A DNA stretch of 63,553 bases, filler included, from Sphaeroforma arctica JP610 (lineage: Eukaryota), in the NCBI RefSeq assembly GCF_001186125.1. It is 7 parts of 2 records of this genome, joined end to end, with 100 filler letters (N's around TTAATTAATTAA, not from the genome) between each part and the next. Parts side by side here need not be neighbours in the genome. Positions count along the whole stretch, not along the records: positions 1 to 16,123 come from NW_014040522.1; positions 16,224 to 31,668 come from NW_014040522.1; 5 more parts are not named here. The stretch is one strand, 5' to 3'. Positions 12,253 through 23,143 of the stretch are shown one piece after another. The position numbers and the translations under genes are program-made. The notes beneath the pieces were generated by a model. That model worked only from the letters and a program-made list of their open reading frames with translations, did no database searches and was not told the origin of the DNA. How positions within the stretch are numbered: position 1 is the stretch's first letter; every line of letters begins with the position of its first letter.

Positions 12253-13969
12253 TATATAGATACAGATATGTATGTATTTAATATAGACATACATAAATAC
12301 AACGATAATAATTGATCTAAGCTGGCATACTTTGTATTTCTTCTTGAGACGCACGATCTCTCGTAGATTGACTATGGCCCCTTCCATGCTATAAATACCT
12401 TCACATAGAATGAGTATCTTCTTCCACGGCCTGTTTTGAAAAAAATAAAAAAATGAATAAGTTCAAAAGCCTCCGTTGTGCGCCTACAGTTTCATGTTTA
12501 ATACTTACCATCGCCTGTGCTATAAACGTTAAAAAAAAACAAATAAAAAAAATTACACTAACAGAGGCACAGATGAATGCGTTCCCTACGAGGTCGGCAC
12601 CGATTAAACGTTGTGTCAACTAGGAACACTTGTGCAAGCAGTTGGTATGCATATATAGTTACACATGTATTATATGTGTTACTAGTATGTATATTTAGAT
12701 ACACATGTTTCATATGTGTTGTTAGTATGTATATATAGTTACACATATATCATGTGTGTTGTTAGTATGCATATATAGTTACACATGTATCATATGTGTT
12801 GTTAGTATGCATATATATTTACACATGTATCATGTGTGTTGTTAGTATGCATATATAGTTACACATGTATCATATGTGTTGTTAGTATGCATATCATGTA
12901 TCATATGTGTTGTTAGTATGCATATATAGTTACAAATGTATCATATGTGCTGCTAGTTTGAGTATATAGTTACTCATGTACCATATATGTTGCTAGTATG
13001 CATATATAGTTACACATGTATCATAAGTGTTGTTAGTATGTATATATATATACACATGTATCATATGTGTTGTTAGTATGCATATATAGTTACACATGTA
13101 TCATATGTGTTGCTTGTATGTATATATAGATACACATGTATCATATGTGTTGCTAGTATGTATATATAGCTACACACGTATCATATGTGTTGATAGTATG
13201 TATATATAGCTACACATGCATCATATATCTTGCTAGTATGTATATATAGTTTAACATGTATCCCATGTGCATCTTAAGATACCTGTGTGTTCTGGGTTGT
13301 CCGTCCACTACGGCTCGTTTTAACAGGAATTCCAGGTTCTCCATATTGTTGTGTTTGAAAACTTGAATCTTCGCGCCGGACATGCGCGCTCCAAGCACCA
13401 ACGAGGCATGGTTCAAGGCATCACTCAATATGAGACAACCCTAAACCCAACGCAAGAAGGTGTCTGTATGTTAGTACACACATAAACAAGCACCAACGAG
13501 GCATGGTTCATAGATCACTTGATATTAGACAACCCTAAACCCAATGCAAGAAGGATCGCTAAAGTGCTGATTTCCAACTACGTGTTCTGCGTTGTTTGTG
13601 CCCACCTTGTCCATCAAACTAGGAATAGTAGTCGAGTTTGTGGCAAATCCCATTCCGATGACAATTGCAGACTCCTTACCCACAAACTCTGCCACCAGTC
13701 TTTCACACTCGAAAAAGGCTGTAGGTATCATGCAAGGCATTGGGTGTGTAATAATATGAGGAAATGCAAATCATGTGTGTATGGTGTGTGTAATAGTATG
13801 AGGAAATGCACATCATTTGAGATACTTGTGTGCAGGAAGCTACTGAGAATATCATGCAAACCGGTCAATGAGGCTTGCAACTCCACATAATACTGGTGAG
13901 TGTGGGATGCATCTGTGCACGCACGCATGCACGATAGATGAGTTCGAGAGATATTTGTTATTTGATATT

Positions 13970-14005
<36 letters not shown>

Positions 14006-14022
14006 CAATATATATATAGTTG

Positions 14023-14058
<36 letters not shown>

Positions 14059-14448
14059 CTGATTATGTGCATGGACACATATCACCAACAAATATAGCAA
14101 TCACGAGGAGAACAGGCGGCAAGTACGAAAAGTATGCCACAGTCTCCACGACTCCCCGGTGAAATCGGATGTGGAAGATTAATTGAATGCACGTACTCAT
14201 CTCCTCCAGGAGTTCAGAGGTTTACAAAACCTTAAAACCCTAAAAATGGCCAAGAAGTGATACGTACACCCTTACAGTTCACGTGCTATCATGTGGCTCG
14301 AGCATACACAAGCACATGCGGTCTGCACGCGCAGGTGCCCAGAGATAGGTTCATCCGTGTGTGTTAGAGTACTACTTCGTCTACTAAAGCTATACCCGCA
14401 AACACAGCAGGGCTTCACAGGCCAATTGTCGCGCTTTGACAGACACTT

Positions 14449-14491
<43 letters not shown>

Positions 14492-15852
14492 AATAGAATC
14501 ACACGAAGTCAAAGTGTATGCCGCACATAAACGTTTTGGTCAAACCTAAACAATGCGCGGCACCAGCCGACAAAACGCATGCACACACAAAATCATGATA
14601 CATCCATGTGGACGTGTATATACAGATTAACAAGCAAGTACAAACACCAGTCACCTACACGCCTACATAAACACTCCTGACACACGTACATACGTCCACG
14701 CGTACACACACGTGCACGTGACCATACCATCGTTCGTGCCCAATTCCATGGCAGGGCTAGCGGAAGCAACTCCGTACTTGTGGAGGTGATCAACGGCCTC
14801 TTCGGCACACACGCCGGTGTTGTTTGCAAAACCTAGGTAGTTGTACGACCCCAGATTCATTACCCGATGAACCTCACCAGTGGTCCTGTGGATGGGTGAT
14901 ATAGTCAGTTGAAGTGCGGATGATGCGTGTCTGCATGATATGTGCTTTGTACATGATGAAGATGCTACACATGGGATGATACCACGTGTGGTTGTTCCTG
15001 TGAATGAGAGTGATAGTAAGTTGAAGTGAAGATTATTATAGAAAACAGATGAACAACACAGTAGACGGGCTCAATACAGATCGTAGGCAGCATCAGGAAG
15101 TATTCTATACCTAGTAATACAGATAGGTGACCCTATGAATGTGTCCTATACCTAGTAATACAGATAGGTGAACCCATGAAAGTGTTCTATACCTAGTAAT
15201 ACAGATAGGTGATCCCATGAACTACTCCCGATCTGCTGGCTCTTGAGTGCATATGCATACACACTCGCCCAGCCTACGGCCGCTCAGTCTTCACACGCAC
15301 ACACAGACAGAAACAGAGACTCGGGAACTACCTACAGCTCCAATGGTTCTCAATAATCAATACTAACAGGTGAATGGGGATGTCCACACTTCATATATAT
15401 ATATATATATATATATATACGTGCACACAAACGATATAATATAATCACACTAAAACATTCACAAATAGTCATGACATGGGAAAGTAACATCCTCAAAGAC
15501 GAACTCAGGAACGCTTGTCAAGCCATCCACTAGGTGCACGAAGCGCTTCAGGCGCCACACAGTACACACGGCCCGCATCGGTCCAGTTATACATGCATAT
15601 ACTTGAATACAAAGTAAACGTACCCCCGGAATCTGCCGACACCACCCACATACACACCGAGACACACTCGTATACATTGGCGTTCAGGTACACCTACTGG
15701 AAATGCCAATTGTAGTCACTAGACACTCGCTCCACCACATCCACATATCCACCCGGGACACTGGAGATGGGCCGATTGAACACATCTCGCAGACGTCGGT
15801 ACAGATTTCGGGTGTAGAAGCTTTCGAAATCCACGAACAAGGGAACAAATCC
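7441..15852 (-). CDS. LCB2: Serine palmitoyltransferase long-chain base subunit 2 (LCB2/SPTLC2), 11 exons visible, 5' exon(s) missing
   Basis: GT-AG exons with consistent phases: 15852-15698, 14885-14728, 13718-13606, 13440-13283, 12430-12331, 11464-11407, 10992-10889, 10053-9874, 9303-9221, 8293-8181, 7544-7441 (TAA). Motifs [53 protein letters not shown], the PLP-lysine motif GTFTKSFG, and VVVGFPATP. Confidence 0.96.
9347..9468. repeat. Intronic minisatellite, ~30 bp x4
   Basis: Repeated CCAATGAGAGTTCAT..ACATTCAGACAG. Confidence 0.8.
10665..10905. repeat. Intronic minisatellite, ~48 bp x5, containing copies of an LCB2 exon end plus splice donor
   Basis: The unit CACTACATGCACAGTACAGCTACCTTGTCACCAGCGACT is the reverse complement of ..GTCGCTGGTGACAAG|GTAGCTGTAC.. 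Confidence 0.85.
12645..13270. repeat. Intronic minisatellite, ~41 bp, about 15 copies
   Basis: Repeated GTATGCATATATAGTTACACATGTATCATATGTGTTGTTA. Confidence 0.9.
15100..15222. repeat. Intronic minisatellite, ~40 bp x3
   Basis: Repeated CTATACCTAGTAATACAGATAGGTGA. Confidence 0.85.
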
Positions 15853-16048
15853 CTGAGAGGGGGTGGGTGCCATGAGATATAACAACGTGAGGAACTCCTT
15901 CCGCTCTGGGGGGTGGCTTGTGTGGAGGTGAAGTATTTGTTTTGCATGTTGTGTTGTTTGTGACATAGTGTTGTGTGAAGTTGTTTGATGCGTGTTCGTA
16001 TGTTGTGTAGTTCGTATATTAGGTTTGAAAGGGAAAGTATGTGTATGC

Positions 16049-16092
<44 letters not shown>

Positions 16093-16123
16093 TAAATATA
16101 TATATATATATACTATATAGATA

Positions 16124-16223
16124 NNNNNNNNNNNNNNNNNNNNNNNNNNNNNNNNNNNNNNNNNNNNTTAATTAATTAANNNNNNNNNNNNNNNNNNNNN
16201 NNNNNNNNNNNNNNNNNNNNNNN
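16124..16223. other. Artificial 100-bp scaffold gap N44-TTAATTAATTAA-N44 (also 31669-31768, 35122-35221, 44772-44871, 57470-57569, 61147-61246)
   Basis: An identical 12-mer with stops in all six frames is centred in each 100-bp gap. Confidence 0.95.
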
Positions 16224-16345
16224 ATATATATGTATGTATACAAATATACACACATTACATATATCTATATATGTATATATATATATATATGGGTGTGTGT
16301 GGGAAATATATATATATATATATATATATATATGGTGTGTGAATG

Positions 16346-16388
<43 letters not shown>

Positions 16389-18419
16389 ATTATTATTATG
16401 ATACATTAGTCGCATCACTTGTCTCGTATTTGAAAGCAGAGTAAAAGTCAATAATTGAACTGCTGTACTGTTTTACTATTTGTAGAGGCGCGCCCGTGAA
16501 AGAACCGTCCCATGTTATTGTTGAGACGTTGGATATTATAGGCCGGCCCCGATTTGATGAAATAGAATTATCTAAGGTATGTATGTATTTTCGTAATATA
16601 ATTAATTTATATACTGTCCTCAAGTACGCGTGCATGTCGCCGTAAGATGATTGGACGTTGGAGTCGGGCAAGGTAGACACAGAACCGAGATACAAGTGTC
16701 TGCTCAATTGCTTCTAAACATCAAATAGACAGCTGATGAGTACCACAGCTGCAGGGTATAAGATAGGTCTGTAGCATGGCAAGGCGATAAGTACATGCGC
16801 ACATGTATATAAATCGATCCATGAGTACATTCACGTTAATGTTGGTAGGTAGGAGTTTGGGTAGCGCTCAGGAGCATGATTCCATGTGCACGGTCTTTAC
16901 GGTGTACAGATGCTCTAGGCGTTTGCAGAGGGACCGCATGTGTGACACCAGAGGGGACTTGTGGGGTAGAATCGCTCAAGAGGCCTGAGTGAGATAGTTG
17001 GCTCGACTGTTATTAGCCTGGCCAGGGCACACAGAGCAATCTCTTATGAGCCTGGCTAAGGTGCGCATGCATAGCTAGAGGCACCTACCGTAATCGACTA
17101 CCGCTTGACGCTATATTCTTGTACTCTCCACAGAGTGTGAGTTGGCCACACTTTGCAAGTTTGGCTATGTATGCCAAGCGTCGAAAGGGCTTAGTTTAAA
17201 GACTCGAACACACTAGGTCTATAGGTTACAATGTCCGTCGTGGTACTAACAGGCTTGCTTTCAGCCGCTCTATTCATATTCTCGAATTCGTAGTGTATCT
17301 GTGCAATTTTCACTCAAACTCTAGTGCCGGAGTATAGTCAAGGTACGTAGAAACTTTGGCACAGGTGAACACACACATTGTACTCAATCCATAGTCTGTA
17401 CTATTACATCAGGTCACGACACCAGACACGGCACGGCCGTTTGTGTCGTTTGCGGATGAGGCCGGGCGACCGATGTTCTGCCACAGAGATGTGCTGTCTG
17501 TCACATACCCGCGCATGGCTAAGAGGCTAGCTAGGAATCAAGACACACCCCCAAACTTATAGCAGTATACATACGGGTTGTAGCAGATGCCGCGTGCTTG
17601 TAGCAGGGCGTACGAACTTGTGGGGGAGGCGTAGGAACGGTGGCGTTTGCGGTGAGTGCGTACTACAGCCGGTGTTAGATAGTCGCGACTTGGCAATCAA
17701 TAAAGCATTGAGCAGGTAGCGCATGCGGTCGTTGAGATGGGGTTCATCGCTAACTGATTCACAATGAAGTTCTCAGGTACACTTGATGCGGTGCATTGTT
17801 ATTCGAAGGCAAAGCTCGAGCTGAGGGTTTTGGTGCTGTTGAGGGTGTTGATTTGGTGTGTTGTTCCTACCTCTGAAAAGCTCAGCTACAGCTGAGCATG
17901 CATGTATGCGCGCGTACAAAGTGGCGCAGAAGATACACAAAGAAATCAAGAGTCTTCTTTAATCTCACTCCCAAATAAACTTTCCTCGGTACATTTTACC
18001 GTCATTGGTTGCTAAGCAACCCACCTAGTCTCGACGCTCATCACCTCCTAGGGTGTACCGTGGCTAGACATCGCACGTGAAATTCCAGGCCCTGCTTTAT
18101 CCTCTAGCGCTGTTACTAACTGATTTAAGCTAAGTGTCATGGCACTAGATTGTGGCCGAAACCTTCTACGCATTATCATCTTCATACACTTGCTACTTAT
18201 CTAGGCGTGTTATAAGGTTTGGAGTTTATGGTTTTGGGATTTTAAAAGCAGATTAATGATGAATTTAAAAGGGTATACGTTTAACTCCATGTAAGGCTTT
18301 GATGAACACGCGCTTTAAACGGGACCTTTCTGGGTTCATTGTTCTCATGCGCAGTTACTATCTTCTGCTAGGCAGTATCAGACACATACGTTGTATGTGG
18401 TATCGGAAGCCTTCTGGCC

Positions 18420-18545
18420 ATACATATACATGATACTAGATACCGTGCACATACACATACATGATACTAGATACCACGCACATACATATACATGATACTA
18501 GATACCATGCACATACATATACATGATACCAGATATCATGCACAA
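18420..18545. repeat. Minisatellite, 30 bp x4
   Basis: Repeated CATACATATACATGATACTAGATACC. Confidence 0.8.
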
Positions 18546-18593
18546 GCCTCGGTCTGAATTCTTCTAAAATTGAATACTATGTTCTCTTACAAA

Positions 18594-21500
18594 CTACCTC
18601 TTGTATTTATCCTGCATATGCGCTGCTACGAACTCGCGCAACTGGTCCGTAAATACTTGCTTCGCCGCCAGATAGGTTTGGCGGTCTTCCGGCGGCACGT
18701 TTTCCTCCACCCACCACTGCTTAGGCCAATCCTGGTCACTGATGTTACACACATGCCAGCCCGCGCTTTTCAGTAGGTAGTCTTTGGCACAGGTTTTGCC
18801 CAGCAGAGTGCTGTACTCATACACTGCCACGGCACTTGTGAGATCGTCAACGTAATGCGATGTGCGCCCGTTCACCTCAAAGCCGATTTTCAACGCCGGT
18901 AGAGCTATGTCTAAGTCAACACCTGCTTGGGCGTCTAAAAACTCGACCACGACCTCCAAGGCACTATTGTTCTTGAGGCGAGTGTGCGACTGTTTCGGCA
19001 CCTCATTGTCGGTATCCGGGGCGTTGGTTGGGTCAGGGAAGTTCTGTACCATCTGCCGCACTATATCCGTCACACTCTGCTGGAAGTTGCCCATAGTAGC
19101 ATCGTCAGAGATACGCGAGAACCCCATGCGACACTCATCCAGCACCCCATGAAGGGCCCGATGTGTGCTCAGAAGATCATCGTACACGTTCCGCTGTGTG
19201 TGCTTGATGATTTGGAACAAGGTGTGGGTCCGAAGTTTGTTTTCTAACGGTAGCTTGCGCGGCATCAACTGCGCTATATGCGGTGCCACTTCTGCGAGCG
19301 TCTGCGCAAACACCTTCTGCCAAGCACGCACACGCTTCTCCTCTCTGAGCCCCTTTTCCTCCTCACCTGTAGGCCTATCTACTCGTACCTCCACCCTACC
19401 ACCCCCATTCCCTACACCCCCATACTCGTCCCTATCCTTACTAACCTCATCCACAGTCACGTGCTCAGACGTGGGCACACTCAGCAGCGCCAGACTGTGC
19501 AACACCGACAGAATCGGCGCTATCCACCTTGCGTCTGTGGCTGTGTGGCTGGGTGGGGTAGCATGAGACCCCACCGATTGAGACAGAGAGTATATTTTAT
19601 GTGTGTGTGCTCGTTGGGGTGCACCCGTTAATTGTATGTAGTACGACACAGTGGGCAGCACTGCGTCTTGCAAGGTGCGTGTGAGCGCACAGGCGCCCCT
19701 GTCCACGTGTGTGTTGAGGTGCGTATGTCCGGGTGCAGACGAGGCAGGGCTGTCGTATTGGGCCAGCGTGAACTGGTCAATCCTCAGCATAGACACCGCT
19801 CTAAGCATATCGTCCAAATAGTACACCGAGAATTCGTGGTTGGGTAGGGGGAGTGTCCGCGGTCCCATAGCCACAGGTGCGGGTACAGGGGGCACGTCAT
19901 TGAGCCACCCGTGCATTCCTACCAAGTTATTTTTAGCCGCGTATCTGTGGGCGTGCGAGGGTTGGTACAGAATGTTCTTGCTATCGTACAGTGTCTCACT
20001 CACCAACTCGCCTATGGCGTTGAATAGTCCCGTGTGCGAGATACGCATGGCGTGGTACGTTCGCATGATACTGATCACATCCACCATGCTAGTGATAGCG
20101 TCTGTGGCTGCCTTGGGGTTTGGCCGAACCCCGCGTGTGTCTGTGTGCACACACTCCCACAGACCCTGTTCCCGATTGCGTGCTGTTCCTGTACGCACCA
20201 GACCTTCAAGAACATCGCCCAGCGTGCGCAGGATGTATCTGTACTCCTCACGGTAGTTATAGCCACTGCGTGCAAATGCTGTCATCGTCAGCAGCGCTGA
20301 GTCCCTATCTAGCAAGTCTACTATGCCTTCAAACGCCTCGCCTTCGTGGTGATCGTCATCTGCCTCAGCACCTCCAGCAATTCCTCTGTGATAGTCCACC
20401 CCCGGATCTGGCTTCGTGGCATTCGCTCGCTCCCTTCGCTCACTATCATCCATGCTACCATCCAATGAACTGGCAGTATGCTTCGGCGTAGGTACAGATA
20501 CACCCACCAAAGGATCCAGACAGCATGTCATGTAGGTATCATTCCGTCCGTTTCCGTACACAATACGGTTGATCCGCACCGCACACTCTCGCAGCAACGT
20601 ATCACACGGGTGCGCAGCCGTACTGGCACACGTCGTCACCGCCGCTAGCTCATACAGCGACATCCGGTGCCTGAGCCCCACGGCGGTGTCGACCAGAGTC
20701 TCCCACACTTTACCTACCAGCTTCTCGGTCGAGTCATTCATGCGGCCCTTGGTCGATGTGAGCAGCACAATGCACGAGTGCACCAGATCGTTGCTGTACA
20801 TGTCGCGTGGATTGATGGCCTGGTGTTTGTATTGCTCTACCACCGCCTTTCTGTAGGGGCTGTACTTCTCCGTCGTCAGCAGCCGCATGGTCAACGGTAC
20901 TGTGTCGGTGCCTCCATTCCTCACAGCCCTGCGACTACCCGGGTGTCGCACCATGGGCATGGTCTGTTGTTGGACGTTGTACCTCGCCAACCCTATCTCT
21001 AGCTGCTTGTTGCGGCTGGCATCGACAAACCCGGGTGCATATGATCCCAACTGTTTGGCCGTTTCTCGGGCTGTGTAGAGCGACAGCCTCTTCGCAATAC
21101 CATACCCGTCATCCCAGCTCCCTTGCAGCCACCATTCATTCGGCTGCTGTCCTTGCTGATAGTACGCTGTAGGTGTGTGCGTGTTGGTAGGTGTATATGT
21201 AGGTGTGTGTGTGTTGGTAGACGTATCTGTACGTGTGTGTGTGTTGGTAGGTGTATATGTAGGTGTGTGTGTACTGGTAGGCGTATCTGTAGAGGTGTGT
21301 GTGTTGGTAGGTGTATCTGTAGTCAATTGATCCTCCCTTCCCTGCCTGCCTGCGGGTGTTTCAGTATGTACAGCCACTTGCGCATGTGAGGAAGGGTCCT
21401 GCATGCGTACTGCAGTGTGCATATCCGCTTGCCAGTGCTTCTCGTGAGTCTCCCCATGCATACACGTGCTCACCTCTGTATCATCCGTAGCCACAGGTAG

Positions 21501-22409
21501 CTCCGTCTCCAACTCCGCCAATTGTCTATCCAACGCCTCTCGCTGGCGCTCCAGCACCGCACGCGCATCGTCTCTGGCGTCTAAGTACCGAACATTCTGT
21601 TCGCGGAACATGTCCTGGCTGATATCGCACCAGTGCACCCTCACCACAGGCTCCTGCAGGATACGCCTCTCCTTCCACGCCTTCATACGCTCATACTTCC
21701 ACCGTTGCCACCGCACACGTTCCTTCTTGTCGATCTGGATACTGTACCAGTCATTCACCCCGCTCTTCAGCCTGCGTGTGCGGTCGTAGTTGGGCGGGGT
21801 CAGCTTGTTGTGTGGTTTGTGTGCCTTTCCAAACGGATTGATCAGTGTCCCGCTCTGTTGTAACTTCTCCTTCTCCGTCCACTCTATCTTGAGCTGCCGT
21901 GCCTTGAGGCTCAGTTTCTCTGCATCTACTATGTACGGTACATCTGCTTGCCCAGTCCTTTTACGCTGTGGATTCGTGTGTGGGGTTCGCGTTGTCGTCT
22001 CTGTGTTGTGCCGTGTTGAGGTGTGTGCGTGTGTGTGATCCTTTGTTGGCTTTGATTGATGTATTGCTGATGTGTGTGTGCCGGTGTGTACTGCATCTGA
22101 TTCATACTGTGATTGTGTGTGCACTTGTTTCTGTTCCCAATTTGGTTGACGTGTGGCTGTATTATATGAGCTATTAAGTATTTTATCTGTCACATGCTGT
22201 GGTGTTGTGTGCGTATGTTTCAGAGTGTCATGTCTTGTACGCTGTGCTGATGTGTGTGCATGTCGCAGCGGTGCAAATGCGCTCGATTGTGATGGACAGT
22301 GTGCAATTGTAAGTGGTGGGCTGCAACTATTCGGGTACGTATAGCTTCCAGCTGTTTTCATGCACCCTTTTATCATGGAGCATCTCCTCAAAGATATATA
22401 ACGTCGCAT
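18594..22409 (-). CDS. Intronless 1271-aa protein with a C-terminal RAP domain (FASTK-like), probably a mitochondrial RNA-binding/processing factor
   Basis: Long ORF. The C-terminal VVEFLDAQAGVDLDIALPALKIGFEVNGRTSHY..KDYLLKSAGWHVCNISDQDW fits the RAP pattern (D-I-A..iEvnGp.Hy..k.rlL...Gw.v..i...eW). The N-terminus is Arg/Ser-rich and acid-poor. A TPTNTH repeat lies at ~21170-21320. Confidence 0.8.
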   Translation of the reverse strand: MRRYISLRRCSMIKGCMKTAGSYTYPNSCSPPLTIAHCPSQSSAFAPLRHAHTSAQRTRHDTLKHTHTTPQHVTDKILNSSYNTATRQPNWEQKQVHTQSQYESDAVHTGTHTSAIHQSKPTKDHTHAHTSTRHNTETTTRTPHTNPQRKRTGQADVPYIVDAEKLSLKARQLKIEWTEKEKLQQSGTLINPFGKAHKPHNKLTPPNYDRTRRLKSGVNDWYSIQIDKKERVRWQRWKYERMKAWKERRILQEPVVRVHWCDISQDMFREQNVRYLDARDDARAVLERQREALDRQLAELETELPVATDDTEVSTCMHGETHEKHWQADMHTAVRMQDPSSHAQVAVHTETPAGRQGREDQLTTDTPTNTHTSTDTPTSTHTPTYTPTNTHTRTDTSTNTHTPTYTPTNTHTPTAYYQQGQQPNEWWLQGSWDDGYGIAKRLSLYTARETAKQLGSYAPGFVDASRNKQLEIGLARYNVQQQTMPMVRHPGSRRAVRNGGTDTVPLTMRLLTTEKYSPYRKAVVEQYKHQAINPRDMYSNDLVHSCIVLLTSTKGRMNDSTEKLVGKVWETLVDTAVGLRHRMSLYELAAVTTCASTAAHPCDTLLRECAVRINRIVYGNGRNDTYMTCCLDPLVGVSVPTPKHTASSLDGSMDDSERRERANATKPDPGVDYHRGIAGGAEADDDHHEGEAFEGIVDLLDRDSALLTMTAFARSGYNYREEYRYILRTLGDVLEGLVRTGTARNREQGLWECVHTDTRGVRPNPKAATDAITSMVDVISIMRTYHAMRISHTGLFNAIGELVSETLYDSKNILYQPSHAHRYAAKNNLVGMHGWLNDVPPVPAPVAMGPRTLPLPNHEFSVYYLDDMLRAVSMLRIDQFTLAQYDSPASSAPGHTHLNTHVDRGACALTRTLQDAVLPTVSYYIQLTGAPQRAHTHKIYSLSQSVGSHATPPSHTATDARWIAPILSVLHSLALLSVPTSEHVTVDEVSKDRDEYGGVGNGGGRVEVRVDRPTGEEEKGLREEKRVRAWQKVFAQTLAEVAPHIAQLMPRKLPLENKLRTHTLFQIIKHTQRNVYDDLLSTHRALHGVLDECRMGFSRISDDATMGNFQQSVTDIVRQMVQNFPDPTNAPDTDNEVPKQSHTRLKNNSALEVVVEFLDAQAGVDLDIALPALKIGFEVNGRTSHYVDDLTSAVAVYEYSTLLGKTCAKDYLLKSAGWHVCNISDQDWPKQWWVEENVPPEDRQTYLAAKQVFTDQLREFVAAHMQDKYKR

Positions 22410-23143
22410 TTTGGCCGTGTATACTATAACTAATAATCCTACTGCCGATTCACCTTAATCCCACGAAGACGCTGATGTCGACGAGAACGGTTTGAATGCG
22501 CTTATCCACATGTACCTATAGCCAGAATAACTAGGTATGAGAAGGTAAACACCAGTTACAGCTATATGCATATCAAATCGAGTAGTTAAATAGCACCACC
22601 GTTATTAGGCTAAGTTTTAATGATCACTGACGCGATATAACACACAGCCACTGTTGAGATGATGTATCGGCTTCTCTGACGTCCGCCTGCTCATTACCGC
22701 GGCATACACTAGTTGCACAATTATGTGTGGTTCGACAATGAAAACACACTACTATGTACACGTATACATATGCATATTTATATTGATGCGTGTGTATGTG
22801 TATGTATGTGTATATATACTACTACATATCTATGTATATACGAATACCACTAAAACAAAATACATTGATAGCATACAAATGATATAGAGTGTAATTGCAC
22901 GAAAGTATGAGCCATGGGCCCGTGGTGAGTCGGTGACTGCGGGTGATCTGAACATGTCATCACTTTTGTGTGCATTGCGCGGGAAAGTACCGAACGTTCT
23001 TTCATAAGTTCGCGTGAAAAGAAAAGTAAAATAAACAAAAACGCAAACGCATATTTTATATATACACACACGGGATAGGCAACCAAAAAGCGTAAGTTGC
23101 GCTGGTATACTCACACACACGTCACACGTAAGTGTATATAGGG
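22410..23143. promoter_or_regulatory. Short divergent intergenic region, putative bidirectional promoter
   Basis: Head-to-head ATGs at 22409 (-) and 23144 (+), about 730 bp apart. No specific elements identified. Confidence 0.4.

Noticed and set aside
14227..14246. Telomere-like AAAACCCT motif (also ~30158 and 55425)
   Set aside because: Only one or two imperfect units, as expected by chance.
16168..16179. TTAATTAATTAA palindrome recurring six times
   Set aside because: Always centred in a 100-bp N gap, so it is an assembly spacer.
16396..18000. Missing 5' exons of LCB2 or another gene
   Set aside because: I found no frame with the expected LCB2 N-terminal motifs and no convincing exon chain.
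18862..22344. Many plus-strand and alternative-frame ORFs
   Set aside because: They are shadows of the long RAP-domain ORF and have no independent motifs.
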